Assembly (NCBI RefSeq): GCF_003918875.1 | Contig: NW_025766002.1 | Coordinates: 496,001-560,000 of the forward strand | Length of the DNA: 64,000 bases | Direction: 5' to 3' | DNA from: Haliotis rubra | Lineage: Eukaryota | In this document: in pieces, positions 37,990 to 52,000 of the stretch | Layout: each line of letters begins with the position of its first letter | How positions within the stretch are numbered: the first letter of the stretch is position 1 | The notes under the pieces: model-generated | The model's database searches: none | Seen by the model: only the letters and a program-made list of their open reading frames with translations | Told to the model about the DNA's origin: nothing | Program-made: the position numbers and the translations under genes

Positions 37990-38575
37990 CTCAACAAGCA
38001 CTAGAGTCAATTGGCAACTGGAGACATTCAATCCTTGTTAAACAGAATGTTATCTTGGACCTGATACACTTATTCATAATCACCAAACTGTTGCAGAGTT
38101 ACTTACTTTACACGTGGCTTTTGTATTATGCTATCTATATATTCCACATTCTTCAACCCTTCAGAAGACTGACCTTCAAACTCTCCAAGACCATCTCCAG
38201 AAACCGTGTATTATTACGGCTGATTTGAATGGCCAAAAAACACCCTGGGGTGGTAAAACTGCAAATGCAGAAGGTAACATACTGGAGTTCTTTTCAGATA
38301 AGGATATATGCATATATAATGATGGTTTAAACACATATTTACATCCTGCGGAAGGTAACATACTTGAGTTCTTTTCAGATAATGATATATGCATATATAA
38401 TGATGGTTTAAACACATATTTACATCCTGCGGAAGGTAACATACTTGAGTTCTTTTCAGATAATGATATACGCATACATAATGATGGTTTAAACACATAT
38501 TTACATCCTGGCACGGGAACCTATTCCGCTCATCAGTTACAGACTCAAACCTACTGAATGAATTTGAATGGTCAG
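37990..38575 (+). mobile_element. LINE AP-endonuclease fragment with 3x81-bp tandem duplication
   Basis: YIPHS..ADLNG..PWGG..NAEGNILE..IYNDG.NTYLHP; 27-aa unit repeated at 38270, 38351, 38432. Confidence 0.8.
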
Positions 38576-40428
38576 CCATAGTTATTATCAGTGTTCGGTG
38601 GCACAATTAACAGTTGTTTATTTTTCACGATTCACTTGATGCTCAGTTAATGAATTTACATCCTTACGTACATCTTATTCAAGTTATTGTCGTCTAATCA
38701 ATAGTAAACCTTTGTTCACAGCCATTATCTATGAGCACAGCAGTTATCAGCAATGACATCACACTTCCCCGGTTATATCCTACCCAAATGCCCTTCCTGC
38801 ATGTACAAAGACGTCAAAAGTTGGAACTTACTATTTCTTTGTAAGGTTGCTTTGGCACAGTAACTCAATTCAAACTCTATTGCATTTTGACGAACTTGAA
38901 CCCGAGACCTGGTGTTATCACCATCGTGAACATTCCCAGCGGTCGTATTCATATAAGGGTAATGCTATTTTTGAGGGCATTATCATTTGCAGAAGCCCGA
39001 GGAAACAATGAAGGAATTTGACTGTAAGTTTACTCAAAACCAACTTCTGACGGGGTTGACTGCCCGAATGCAATTACGCCATCGAACAATTCAAGTGACG
39101 TCACAACAGAAAGTGACGATTTAGACCTTGGCCTTTGACAAGACCACAGCCTGCAACATGTCAAACTATGCCAGTGTTCGGTTTTGATCAAACAACAACG
39201 TTAATAGTACAATAGCACCAGCAAGAAAGCCAATATTACCGCTATTTAAAGCGGGAATTAGGGTTGCTTTGACTTGTTTGACCCAGAATATCTGCCAGTC
39301 CAAAGCCAATGTCGAATGAACCGTAAGCCCGCGCACCCACTGTGACGTCACTTGACAACAGAACTGATTTGTGGCCCGTCGTTAGGTTGAGCGGTCGGAT
39401 ATCATTTGCAGCGGCCCGCTAATTTCTGATAATGGGAGGGCCGTTTCATGATAATTCCATGTATTTTAGCTATAATAAAGGTTATCAGAAGTTGCAAAGA
39501 ACTTTCTAAAATGAGTCTTAACTATGAGCTACATTTGAGTGTAGTCATTATGGTTCTGAGAGCAAAGTGTAACACTTTGTTTGAACAAAGACATTCGTTT
39601 GAACAATGGACATTTCATAGTGTGGCTATATTTAGAATTTCGGGCGCTCTTCAGATTAAGAGGCTTGATTTTGGTATCACGTGACGGTCAGGTGATGTAA
39701 ACAAGCAGACGTGAATCTGTCGTCTGGCAACATACACTAACGAATATATAATTTTGTCAGAAACAAACAATTCCTTTTAAATTGAAAAGGACCCCCAGTA
39801 AGATAAACTTGAGGAAATCTAGGCATGCTTCATTTGTAAAAGTCTTCATCATTTCAGAAAGGGCTACGCAGATAGGGGTTCAGGGACTGTGGGACAGGCG
39901 ATCTGTCAACACCTCGAGCGATGGATTCTGCAGTGAAACGCACCCCAAATATAACGAGACATGGAGAACGAAAGGTAAGTTTAGCCTCGGAGTTACTTCA
40001 CGATTGAACACCGGAGGCAGTGGTGGAGGGAAGGTTACAGCAAATATCAATGTTGCATTTCCGAAACGGTGAAAAGCGTTTGAAGTCAAGTTGGAGATTT
40101 GCTTTAGGAATGCCATTTTCATCTTACATCATGCTGCTAAATGTGACGTAAGAACATTCATGGATTTACTTTTGGTATTTCTTAGATTTTTTCAGACAAA
40201 AAACTTCTTAAGAATGTTCAGAATATTTATGATTAGAATCTACTTGGATAATAAAACCACATAAAACTAAATTTATTAAGACTTTATGCTGCATTAATTT
40301 AAGATTTTGGAAGGTTGGCTTGAATGTGAAAACTACCCCAACAATAAAATGAGTGAATGACAGACATTTAACACTGAAGTCATCAATATTTCAGACATAT
40401 CAGTTAATCATAGAGTCTGGACCAAACA

Positions 40429-40532
40429 CAATCTAAGTAAACTTAGGCTCAGTATTATTCGTTGCACTGCTATATACTGCTCAGTATAGCAGTGCAACAA
40501 ATATATTACTGAGCCTAAGTTTACTTAGACTG
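40429..40532. mobile_element. Palindromic mini-MITE (same family as 34355)
   Basis: Same TIRs; degenerate 9-bp flanks gaccaaaca/aaccagacc. Confidence 0.8.
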
Positions 40533-42672
40533 AACCAGACCAGCATATGAAGATAAAGAGCACCAAACACGTTTGTGGTAATAAGGATGCACACCTGACA
40601 CAAAATATTACATTAGAGTTTCTCTCAAAAACATCTTTTACAACTGAATACCCAAATCATATTGACACATTTCAGAGATCTTACTCTGAAAACCATTATT
40701 ATTTAGCTATACTCACGAAACTGAAATCTATTTTATTCTACTTTGGTTGCGAACATGTAGTTCAAAGTCACTGGTGGCTGTAAATTTGGACAATTTGACT
40801 TTAGTTAGGTGCAGTTATTGTGAATTTCTATTTCTGTTTTAGTCTTCCTTAAAAGGAGTAGAGAAGATTGATCATTTTCTGCAACCCAGCAGCTCATTTT
40901 GAACAAGTAGACTTTGTGAAATAACTAGGCCCTGGCAAAAAAACAACCTCCGAATTTTCACAATTTTAGTGGCCATATTTGTCCATGTGAAGCAAGGAAC
41001 CAAAGAGGTAACGTTCTGTGGAAACAATATTGGTATACATAATCAGTAGTACTGAAGACATGTGTTTAGTGGTAACAGAATGGTGGACGAATGCAGACCA
41101 GTCATTGCATAAACTCACTTCACTTGTGTCATGTAGGTAAGAGATTGTTGTATCTGAGCGCTGCCACATTTAATATAATGTTGAACCACAATTTCAGCAA
41201 GCAACCAATAGCTAATATAGTTGAATGGGAATGAAGTCCTTTTGTGATATTTGTTACACTACTGATGTGCTAGTAAACAGTATTTGCTGCAGAACTGGAA
41301 CCAGAAATCTGGGGATATGCCAAAGGGACCAGTGCAATCATTTGAATACAATACAGGACATATTTCAAATTCTTCTGACCAAGACTGCCAAACCAGATTT
41401 TAATACAACCATAAATATTTCTTTTTGTCAGTTGGTTTGCGGGTTGACAGATGCAAAATACCGAGAAAATGATGACCTATAAAAAATGTATATTGTCTCT
41501 GATCCAAATAAAAAAATAATAACTAAGCGACCTTGCTATCAAAATTCCAGTTTCTCACACTGAAATGAAAATTTAAAATGAATATGCAGTACAATGTACA
41601 GAGACAATAACTGTCTTTTCATTTAATCACAGTCTCATGGTCACAATTTTACTGGGCAAAGTGCAAATTCAAGTGGCCATCAAGTTAGAATTCACACACC
41701 AAACTTAATTTGGGGTGTGGGGGTGTGTGTAATTCCATAAATCAACACACGAAACAGATATTATAAAAACAATTCTCGGTATTTCCCCCTTCCTAACCAG
41801 TTCTTTTTTTTGAAAAATGTCTAAACCAATGAATAATGAGAATGGGTTTACACCACTTTTAGCAGTATTCAAGTAATATCCAAGCTGGGGATACCAGAAA
41901 TGGGCTCAGAAAATTGTGCCCATGTGGGTAATCAAACCTGGGTCTTCTGTTTGATGAGCCAGTGCTTTCACCACTAGACTATCCCACCACTCCTCACCAA
42001 CTAATAACAAAATGCCTCAGTTACATGTCATGCATGTAGCGTAAGGTATATTTTGGATAGGTGCTCTGTTAGTAAAGGACAAATTATACTCTGTCACTTG
42101 ATGGATTCTCGTATCAAGACACCATGTACAAAAGTACACTGTTCAGACGGGTACACAAAACGAGTAAGCTGGACTACGTTTTTGGACTTTTTTGTGGAAG
42201 CCTCGGTCACCTAGTGGGGTAGATCACAGGCATTGTGTGCTGGTTAAGGACTGCTACATCCAATGCGTGCTGGTGCCTTACCCTGGCAGTGTGGACATGA
42301 AACATGGACTGGTACCCTCCAACAAAAGTACCAGATTCTATTTGTATTTGTACTTGAATGATGTACATGTATGTACAACTAGGTTCTTGGAAACAAGTGT
42401 TAGAAACATCCAGGAAAGTCGACACTTTCAGATAGATATCATGTCCCCCCTGGTTTGGTTAAGTTTGGTTGTTGTTTAATGCTCGGCAATGTTCCAGCTA
42501 TGTGGCAGCAGTCTGTAAATAATTGAGTCTGGACCAGACAATCCAGTGATCAACAGCATGAGTATCGATCTATGTACTTGGGATATGATGACATGTGACA
42601 ACCAGGTCAGTGAGCCTGACCACCCGATCCTGTAACTCGAGAAGTAGAAATCCTTGAAACATTCTTATGTAA

Positions 42673-43026
42673 GGGGCCGTTCATAATTTATGGCTAGGGG
42701 TGGGTGGGTGGTGATGATGATTTTTATGGACAATGATGATTTTTATGGACAATGATGATTTTTATGCACAATGTGACTGACCCCCCCCTAAAATTTATGT
42801 ACAAAGTGAGTGACCCCCTTCTGCATGTCATGTGCAAAATCAATTACCCCCCTTCCCCTTCCCATGTTTTGTAAGCCTAATTTTTAAATATTTTTATGTA
42901 CAAAATTGATGACACCCCCTAGAACACCTGTACAAAATTGATGACCCCCCTACCTCCCCAGAACAAAATGGGTGACCCCACCTTAAAATCATCATCACCC
43001 CCCAGCCATAAATTATGAACGGTCCC
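42673..43026. mobile_element. PIF/Harbinger-like MITE
   Basis: TIR ggggccgttcataatttatggct / agccataaattatgaacggtccc; TAA TSD. Confidence 0.8.
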
Positions 43027-44329
43027 TAAGTACATCCATAACCCGATGAACTGTGTAGGTATTGCAAATGATTGTTTTACACATAGGTTTTCATCACCGC
43101 GAGTCGAAAGAGATGTTGATGAATATGTTCAAATATTTTCATTCTGATGCCTTGCAAGCTTCACAAGTAAATTGAAAAAAGATATGACTTAGTAATGGAG
43201 AAAATACCTTATTTTGAATGTTGTTGATTAATTTAAGGAAAATATCAATCAATGCCTCAAAGGAATACTAATGTATGGACTGGTTTTGAGGTATCTGACC
43301 ATGCTTTCCAGTAAATAAGGATTAACCTTTGGTCATCAAGTATGTCAAAATACATTAGGTTAATGTCCTCCACAATTCATTGTGTTTAAATACCAAGACT
43401 GTATTTTGAGCCAGATGTCAATGACAACACTTGAACCTCTAAATTAAACATCACAATAATGAGGAAAAGGAAAGAGCCTCTATCTCCTGGGCTATCATTT
43501 AAGCCACCTGAACCTACACTAAACCCTGTATCCATTCCCATGTTTCTGCAATCACAAATTACCCACATACCCTTGATTTTCATTAAAGGTTTACCAAACA
43601 AACACTGACATAAGGAAGAGGGATGTAACATGCATTACCCCCAATCCGGCTTCAGTGGATATGAAGAAATGTTTTGATGGCGAATTTAAGGGTCAGTTTG
43701 AATTTCTCAAATCCTGAGCCTGTTGCAATTGTTACATATTCAAGAAGAGTGATTGAATTGAACATCACTGTGAACGTACATGGATAAATTAAGCCTAAAC
43801 CTAGGCATTGCTGTTTCTGGTATGTAAGAATGCTGCGAAGACAAATTGATCCAGGCCCCCTGTTGAGTGATTGTTAATTGATAATTTCATTAAAATCAGG
43901 TCTGATTGCTCACCTCTCAGATCACAGGACTTCCCACTACAGGTAAAATCAAAAGGACCTTTATAAATTTGGTCCCATCGTGAAATGGCTATCCCAAATT
44001 TTACATTAGTCAATCAGAAAACTACTTTCAGCTTTTTGCTATAAATTTCAAACTGGCAACTCTCAATCCATTCAAAGATGTTTACAAAAATATTCATAAA
44101 ATTATAACCAAACAAAAGGAAATTAAAGGAAGTCGAATAAATGGTAGTTATTTTATGACAGTACTTCCCAAGGTGTGGAAAGTCTCTGTTTCAAATGTTC
44201 ATACCTGCAAGACTGAGAAACCATGGATTTAATTCAATCTGTACAACTTTTGAACTGTCGGTCACACATTCGTTTTAGTCTGTTCCTAATCAGATTACCA
44301 TGCACTATTTTAATAGTTTGTCATTACAT

Positions 44330-45070
44330 TTAACACTCATGATGCCTCATCAACGTCAAAGACGTCGGTTGATGTCAGAGCAATTGGGGAGATGCTTGAA
44401 CCAGGCTTCTCACGATGTAACCTTGCGAATGCACTAACCGTCAGACAAAGCATTTTAACAGAGCGTGGAACTGTAATCGAACTCTTGCTATGACAGCACA
44501 CCTTCATATTGGTGGTCGTCAAAGGTCTACTACAATGACAAGACCACTAATCACGTATGGGAACTTTTGATTTTGACTCAAGATCATTGTCACTTTAAGA
44601 ATGCTAAAAATTTTGAACATGATCGCTATGAGAGGATCCATCATGGACTGTGGAGGAATCAGCAGAAACAGAAAAACTGATCTGCATGTCATGGGGAGGG
44701 TACGATGACAGGCGTTCAAGTACAGGGATGAGACCCTACACTGGTGCCGTTGGTCCAGAGTTCATTATGATGGACGATAACGCCTGTCCCCATTGTGCTA
44801 GTTTCTGGAACAGGAAACAATTGTCTGTATGGAATGGCCTGTATGCATGCCGGACCTAAACCCTGTCGAACATGTGTAGAACATGCTGCAGGTTGCCATT
44901 TCCGGACATGACGCACAACCTGGGACTCTAGAACTTGGAAATGCCCTGGTCGAGGAATGGAATAACCTTCCAATGACTAGTATCTGGGTTCCTATTGACA
45001 GCATGAACCGGCAATGCCAAGCCGTCATTCAGGCATGGGGAGGTCATACCCATTATTGGCATGAACTTTG
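44330..45070 (+). mobile_element. Degenerate Tc1-like transposase fragment
   Basis: EFIMMDDNACPH, PDLNPVEHV, LVEEWNNLP, GGHTHY in broken frames; ends approximate. Confidence 0.8.
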
Positions 45071-45726
45071 AAATGGATAAAATCAAAGACACCTCTCTGT
45101 ACCCAGTTTGCCTTTTCATGATCAAATGCAATTTTTGGAATGTAATGCACCCAATGGATTTCTCAACCATTAAGTGAGTTAATTCTTTATTGAAGTCTTA
45201 TTTAATGGTGCATTAACCCCACTCTTAACATGTCATGTTATGCTTACCAAGCCATGTGTTGCAACAACTTTGCAAAAGCTTAGCTGCTGAAACTGTCATA
45301 ACTGATGATGCAATAGAATTGGCTATGAAACTCAATTGGGTCCATGCCCCATGAGCCAAGGACAAGATTTGACGAAAAATCACATTTTTTTATTCTTGAG
45401 AATGGATTTACATTTGCATGAATACAGTAGAGATTCCATATTTCAATGGAGACAAAAAAAAATTATTACATTTAAAAAAAATGAAAAACAATTACAAAAT
45501 GAATTTGTGATGAATATCACTTTGTTAAAAAGCTTCGACAGATGTTACAAACCTAGCATAATTAGCAGAGTGGCAGCAATTGCTCATGTCAAATAAAATG
45601 CGTAAAAATTCAACACAGGGTCTCGAGTAATGCAGGTTGCTCAGCAAGTTTGATTTGGATGGTGTTCAATGTGATAACTTTTACTGTGCATCTTCTTTGG
45701 CTGTGCCAGGCAGATGTTACTATGGA

Positions 45727-45809
45727 TTAATACTGCGGATTTGGGCATTCACGGGCGAAATGGCCATCTGCACCGCACTGGAAGCAAGCATTGTTGCGAT
45801 GACGTTGGG
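45727..45809 (-). CDS. RGG-KH-CCHC protein exon 4 (zinc knuckle, stop)
   Basis: tttcag|PQRHRNNACFQCGADGHFARECPNPQY*; CX2CX4HX4C; phase matches exon 3; total 537 nt (178 aa). Confidence 0.87.
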
Positions 45810-46140
45810 CTGAAAATAAAAGAAGTTAAATGTTAACTGAAACACAAGATTTCACAGGAATAATTCAGACTAAATGAGGCATGATGTGTGGAGACATGCA
45901 ATTGTCATTTCTTGTAGTATTCGTTAAAATACAGAATTGGCCTAATCAGCATAAATATAGTATGATCTATTGATTTACAGTACGCAGATTTGGTGCAGTT
46001 TAGATTCCTGAACTGACATTCATTAGCAAATTTCTGCATTAACCCAGCAAACGTGGATTAATACTCCCATACAAAAAATGTTACAAAATTATGCAACATA
46101 TCTTAATAACTCAAGAAAAAGATTATGAAATTTTACTCAC

Positions 46141-46261
46141 GACCGCTCCTGTCCTGTGGCTCTTCCAGTTCCCTGATCAATGCTTCTGCTGCTTGTCTGT
46201 GCTGACTCTCTCCAGACAACTGGATTCGAACTCTTCCACCTTCTGCCTGGTCACTGAATAC
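46141..46261 (-). CDS. RGG-KH-CCHC protein exon 3
   Basis: aag|VFSDQAEGGRVRIQLSGESQHRQAAEALIRELEEPQDRSG|gtgagt; 121 nt. Confidence 0.88.
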
Positions 46262-46769
46262 CTTAAAATGATGTTAGGACATAATCAGAAACAAGTTTCC
46301 TTTGAACATTTCATTACAATTACTCCATATAGTACTGTTTACACTCATTACATCAATCACCCAAACTGAAAAGTCAAAAGTCACTTGGATGACTAATCAT
46401 ATAGCTAAAGCCAGCATTTGTTTAATTCAACTGCACACTTTAGATCAGTGATGGAAGTATATAAAAAGCAGTCGTTTAAAATTTTCATTTTGGATGTGTC
46501 CCACCAACAAGTGAAACAAATCAATTTACTCTAGTTCAGCTTTCTATCAATTTATTAACATTAAAAACATTTAAAATAATATTCTGAATAGAAATTACTT
46601 TAAGATTTAAAAACACTTTGACGAAAACATTACTCATGTAAATACTATGAATTATTAAGGGGATTCCATTTTTTGTTGTGCCAGTCATGTGCTATTAATG
46701 TATAACACATGGCATACCTCATAGTGGTATCCCAAAAAAGCCCTCCAAAATTCCTGTAGTTCAACATAC

Positions 46770-46825
46770 TTTAATCAAAGCTCCACTTTGGTCCTGCAGC
46801 TCACGAATTCTCTGACCCCTTTTCC
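46770..46825 (-). CDS. RGG-KH-CCHC protein exon 2 (KH GxxG loop)
   Basis: cag|GKRGQRIRELQDQSGALIK|gtatgt; 56 nt, same size and phases as DDX43 exons 2 and 6. Confidence 0.9.
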
Positions 46826-48734
46826 CTGCAAAGGTAACAGACATATTTACATCATGAAAGTAAATCTGTAACAATATCAAGTGTTCATGTTTGTCGTCAT
46901 TTGACCTACATCATTTGATAGGGATTACCATTACCGGTTATTCCATTACATACATAAACAATTATCTTGGTATCCATAATGAAAGTAAACAAGACCTTAA
47001 AGGGCCAGTATATCAACCCTTCTGAACTACTGAGAGTAAATAAGAGATAACCCTCAACTTGACTCTGCTGTGGCTTGCTTAAGGTTAGGTGTGTAAATTC
47101 TACTTCCAGGAACCCATGTACAATTTTTATATATTAAGATTCAGGTTTTGAGGAGAAAATGTCATGTGTGCATGCATGCAAAAGTACAGAACATGATCAG
47201 GGATTGGGAAAGGCAGGGGACCTGGGCCATTAGAATAAAAAAATGGCCCATTAAAATTTTGAAGTTTACTATTGACACAAGGGCAGTGACCCTTTCAAAA
47301 TTCAGAAAATGGCTAATAATCCTGAAACTGGACCATTGTCAAAGTTCTCTCTCCCGATCCCTGCATGATCAATATTCTTCACACAACCCTCCCTCAATGA
47401 AGTGCTCACTTTAAGTGCGCTACTCATAAAATTGTCTGATTTAAAAACACCCGCAACTACCACTGGCCCTTTAAAGCTTCTTGGGCTGGGACCGTACAGG
47501 CCGGGAGCTGTCCCCTCTGATATTATCACAATACTTCCATGTGCTATTTGGTGACTAGCATTTTTTTCAATAGATACGATGACCAAATGCCTGTATACTG
47601 TGTAACCACTTGGCCAGTCTGTTCGCCTTAAGCTAAAAGGGAGACAACTATACCAACATTAAAAACACATGGAATGGGGTGACTGCCAGTGTTAATTATG
47701 GCACAATGAGATGAAAATATTTCACTTCTAATTGGGCTCTTTGGGGGTCACTGGTGGATACTGTATATTGTCCCAGCCCTAAGAGCACAAAGTAAAATGT
47801 CTAATACTTTCAAACCTGTTTACAAGAGAAATAAGACATTAAAGAAATTTATATTCCAACATTTTGAATACACCATCCATGTACCTGAGCTTTTACTCCA
47901 AACAGATTCATAGAGTGCAAGATTTGTTTTCTTAATTATAAAACACTGATCAATGTCAAGGAGTGAGAAATGTAACAAAAAAGTAAGCCTTTTTACTTAC
48001 TTTATAATGACACATTTTACATTAAGAGACACTCTCCTCCCCACCCCCCTGATGGTATGACGGCCAATTAGAGCCAATTTGGTACTGTTAAATATATGGC
48101 ATCCAAAGAAGAGACTGCAAAAGACATGAAAAGAATATTCAAATTCGGCTGGGGAGAATTCAAGTGCATTTAAAAAAAATCTGGTGTAATTAACAAACAT
48201 AATTAAATTGAATCGCCAGAGGAAATTACTCAGGAAACAATGTGGTGTTTAAGTCGCAATTATATATGGAACGACGAGCAAACATTAATATTCAAATAAT
48301 CAGAATCCAAATTATGGTATATGGTAAGAATATGATTCATGTAAAATGAAAACTGAACGAGAAATTCTGGACTCACTTTACTTACCGGCACCAGGACAAT
48401 CACTGACAAAGCACATGGCCCACGAACACATGGTCATGATTTGGCTCGCACAGCATCCTCAAAGCGAGGCAAAGGCGTTCAGAAACATACACGACCACAA
48501 AACAAACCAAAATCTGTCGGACAATCTGATTCCACACAATTTTCACAACAGTTTGATAGCAAATCTCGAGCTCTGGGGCATTCTCAGTCGCTAGGTAGCT
48601 TTATCGAGCTATGTAACAATGGCCGCCAAAATCTGACCGACATGTTCCCAAAGAAGCGCACATGTTATGCCGAGAACATCCTGAAACTCAAGACAAAAAA
48701 CACCCACAAATGAACAATAATGTAGCATGCTAAC

Positions 48735-49011
48735 CGATTATTCTGCCGACAATTGACTGGTCAACGTAAATGTCTGTTTTTCCACCGGGGTTGTTCCAGT
48801 TCGAATGATATGAACCACCATCATTGCCTCGGCCGCCATCACGGCCTCCGCCATAATTATCACGTCCTCCGCCATAACCTCCATCTCGTCCACTGCCATA
48901 ACTGCTTCCCCCAACTCTTCCTCCGCCATAACTATCATGTCCGCCGAAACCATCATTTCCGCCAAATCCACCACCCCTTCGCCTGTCTGATCGCTCGTAC
49001 CCTCTCTGCAT
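48735..49011 (-). CDS. RGG-KH-CCHC small RNA-binding protein exon 1
   Basis: MQRGYERSDRRRGGGFGG...KTDIYVDQSIVGRII G|gttag; 277 nt, phase 1. Confidence 0.85.
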
Positions 49012-52000
49012 TGTGTCTGTTGTCTGTCAAAATGTCTGCCCCTTCAAGAACTTAAACGAAATTGCTTGCCTATCCCACAATCCCCTTCACCGGAAAAGAC
49101 GGAACAGCAGCAACACGCATGATACGTCACAAGTTGAAATTCGTACAATGCCTTTTCAGTTTTAGACGCGCACATCGATTTCAACTGTGTATGAAATCTT
49201 TACGAAGCTTACGCATCAAGCTCATCGCATTATGATAACTGTAATCATTTAAAAGAAGAATCAATACACCCTTGCCACATAAACATATTCGGATTGTTCT
49301 ACGTAAATGTGAGGAAATTCTTACCCATCTAAAACAACTTCACGCAAATTGTCCGAACCGGAACCAACAGCGATTGGCCTTGAGTTCAAATGATTCATTC
49401 AGTGAGTAGTTGTGCAAAGAGTAAATAACTGGGGTTGTTTGGTCTTTTTGTACATGCGCATTGTATGTTATGCATAGATATGGTTATAACAGGATATGTG
49501 TCAATTTGATGTTATAAAACGAGTGCATTCTTGTATGCTATGAAGAGATGGTAAAAGTACAAGAATTCTTATACGAGTTTTGTAAGATCAGTATTACACA
49601 CATGCGAGTGATCTATAGAAATTTATCGGTGTATGTGTGTCATAGGCTTCTACGAGACTCGTGTAATAATTCTAATATTAGCCGGAGGAGAGGTACGACA
49701 CACGTGGGGTAAACTATTCTTTTTCTTTCCCATTTCACATGTTTCTAGTGTGACGTCATTCCGATCTTACGTCACAATAGGATTCGAATCACGTTAACAT
49801 TCAGATGATGTACACATGACCCATGTATTCATGAAAAGATTTGTACCTAGTACATGTGCGGTGTCTAATAATTGGCAGATGTTTCTTAACCTGTGGGTAA
49901 TAAAAGTAAACTAGATTGTGCGTTGACCAATGACACACTACCTTTCATATTTAGATAACAATGGTATATTAGAACTAAACTGAAACCAAAAAGAGCATTT
50001 TCAGAAATACACTCTAGAATGTAACAAGTGACATTTCAGGGTAAGTGATATTTCATATCTGTCACTGTAAACACTTTTCAAGACACGTAAATTACATCAT
50101 ACTCGCACATGACAAAGTTTAACAAATTGGAACTGATATATATTTGCTTTCAGTTTTAACTTTTAAGTTAAATATTCAACGCAAGGATGGGATATAATAT
50201 GCTACTGTTATGTAACTTTCATAGCTCCTGGCATAGTTGTAACATTACAGTTAACTTTGTTAATGGTCGGTTTTTAAGTGTGACGAGAACTCGAATTTAG
50301 AAATCAGTTGTTAAGGAAGAAAGTATCATTTCATATTTATGGATCTTTTCTTTGTGTTTCGTATTGAAAACAAAGTCCACAAATTATCGTTTCTTAAAAA
50401 AGTTTGTCATGATTATATGCGTTGTAGGAAAGTGCATCCGCTATCACATCAGTCACATTGGTTATTTACAGGCACGCACGCACACACACGAGAGAGAGAG
50501 ACAGGGTTGATTTGAGGTTCAACGTATAATCGAACAAGATCACTTATAAACAACAGTTAGAACACCTGGTTTCTAGTGCCTTCAATTTTTTTTACAGAGT
50601 GACCTCCCTTCCACCATTTGAGGACCCATAATCTGCTCAGCGAAACACGACATACATGGTTAATGCCGATTCCGTTACTCTCTGCAGTAAAGCAAAATCC
50701 AGTTAATCTATTTCAAAATGAAATAAATATGAAAAAGACCTAACATAAACATATATATTTTCTTTCTGTCAAGGTATGTGAAAAATTTAGGCGAGAGGTA
50801 TCGTATTATATTTGCACGACCGAAGGCAGTGTTATATTCTATTTAATTTTGATTAGAAAAGAATACATTGAATATATAATGTCATTGTCGTGGAGGGCAT
50901 AGGTAATGGCACATTATATTTACATTTATATCCAAACATTCAACAAAGGTGCCTGATATACCGTGACAATCTTGACATGCACTCACTGACTCAAGAAGTG
51001 ATAATTACATTTAGAATAAATTAATGAATAAATAAATATTTGTTATCTTTTAAGCAAATAAAATATTTTGAAGTTTGTTTACTTCTGATCTTGTAAAAAT
51101 CTGGCTAAAGGTTCGAATATAATATAATACCGCTCTAATATCGGCGGTCTCGCATTGCGTTCGTGCGAAAGGAGACATGAAAATACATGTAAGTTTGATC
51201 CGAAGTTTGGTGAAACTAAATACATGTACACACTTCATGAGTGAAATTGTAGCTGCAATACGTGACAAACGCCTTTGACTTGAAAATCGGCCGTCAGATA
51301 CGCATTGGTTCTGGTTACAAATGTGGTTTTGCTGGTACAGGGCTAAAAGCGGCGTAAAACTATACTTACTCACTCACGCACCCACTCACTCAATGTCTGG
51401 GTATCCAGACTAGGCAGCCTGTCCGCAATTCACATGTGATAATATTTAAATGGTTTATGGATAATTGTCTGTTGATAGGCATTTCTTAGAAATTTACGTA
51501 TGACTTAGTAACTAAAAAATATTATGGACAGCCTATCTATGTAAGAGCCACGTTTCGTCAAACATGACAATGGTATATGAATAAATACTGCATTGGCGTT
51601 ATTCAATTAAAGTTGTTGTCCATATTCTTGTCTACTTTGTGGTCCGGTATTAACGGTATTAATGCTGAAGAAACATATTCTGGAATGTGTTTCTACACGC
51701 TATGGTGTATGAAGGGTTGGTTTCTCTACAGCTGCAGCTTCCTTGCTTTGTGAAGCCGGAGGGCGATTGACAGGGTGCCAGTCTATGCGGGATCCGACAC
51801 TACAGTTAGACTTCGTTTTCTTTTTTGTAGCGCTGTAAGGAAGTGCGCGATAGCGATCGATGAATAACCGTCGCCCCGCGTAAGCAAGGGACATCTGAAA
51901 ACTGCTCTCTGATCAGTTCAGGTTGCTTGGTTATTTCAAATAATACATGCCTGACTGCTTTTTAGGGAAGGGAGGTTACGTTGTCGGCGACGGGTTCCGC

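Noticed and set aside
39780-40122. Overlapping ~90-aa ORFs and an ATG...AG|gtaagt in a CpG-richer patch
   Set aside because: No recognisable domain and no downstream exons could be linked
19216-46141. Idea that the RGG-KH exons at 46-49 kb are alternative 5' exons of DDX43 (phase-compatible)
   Set aside because: The unit has its own in-frame terminal exon with a stop and downstream AATAAA, and DDX43 has its own ATG exon; it would need long-read evidence
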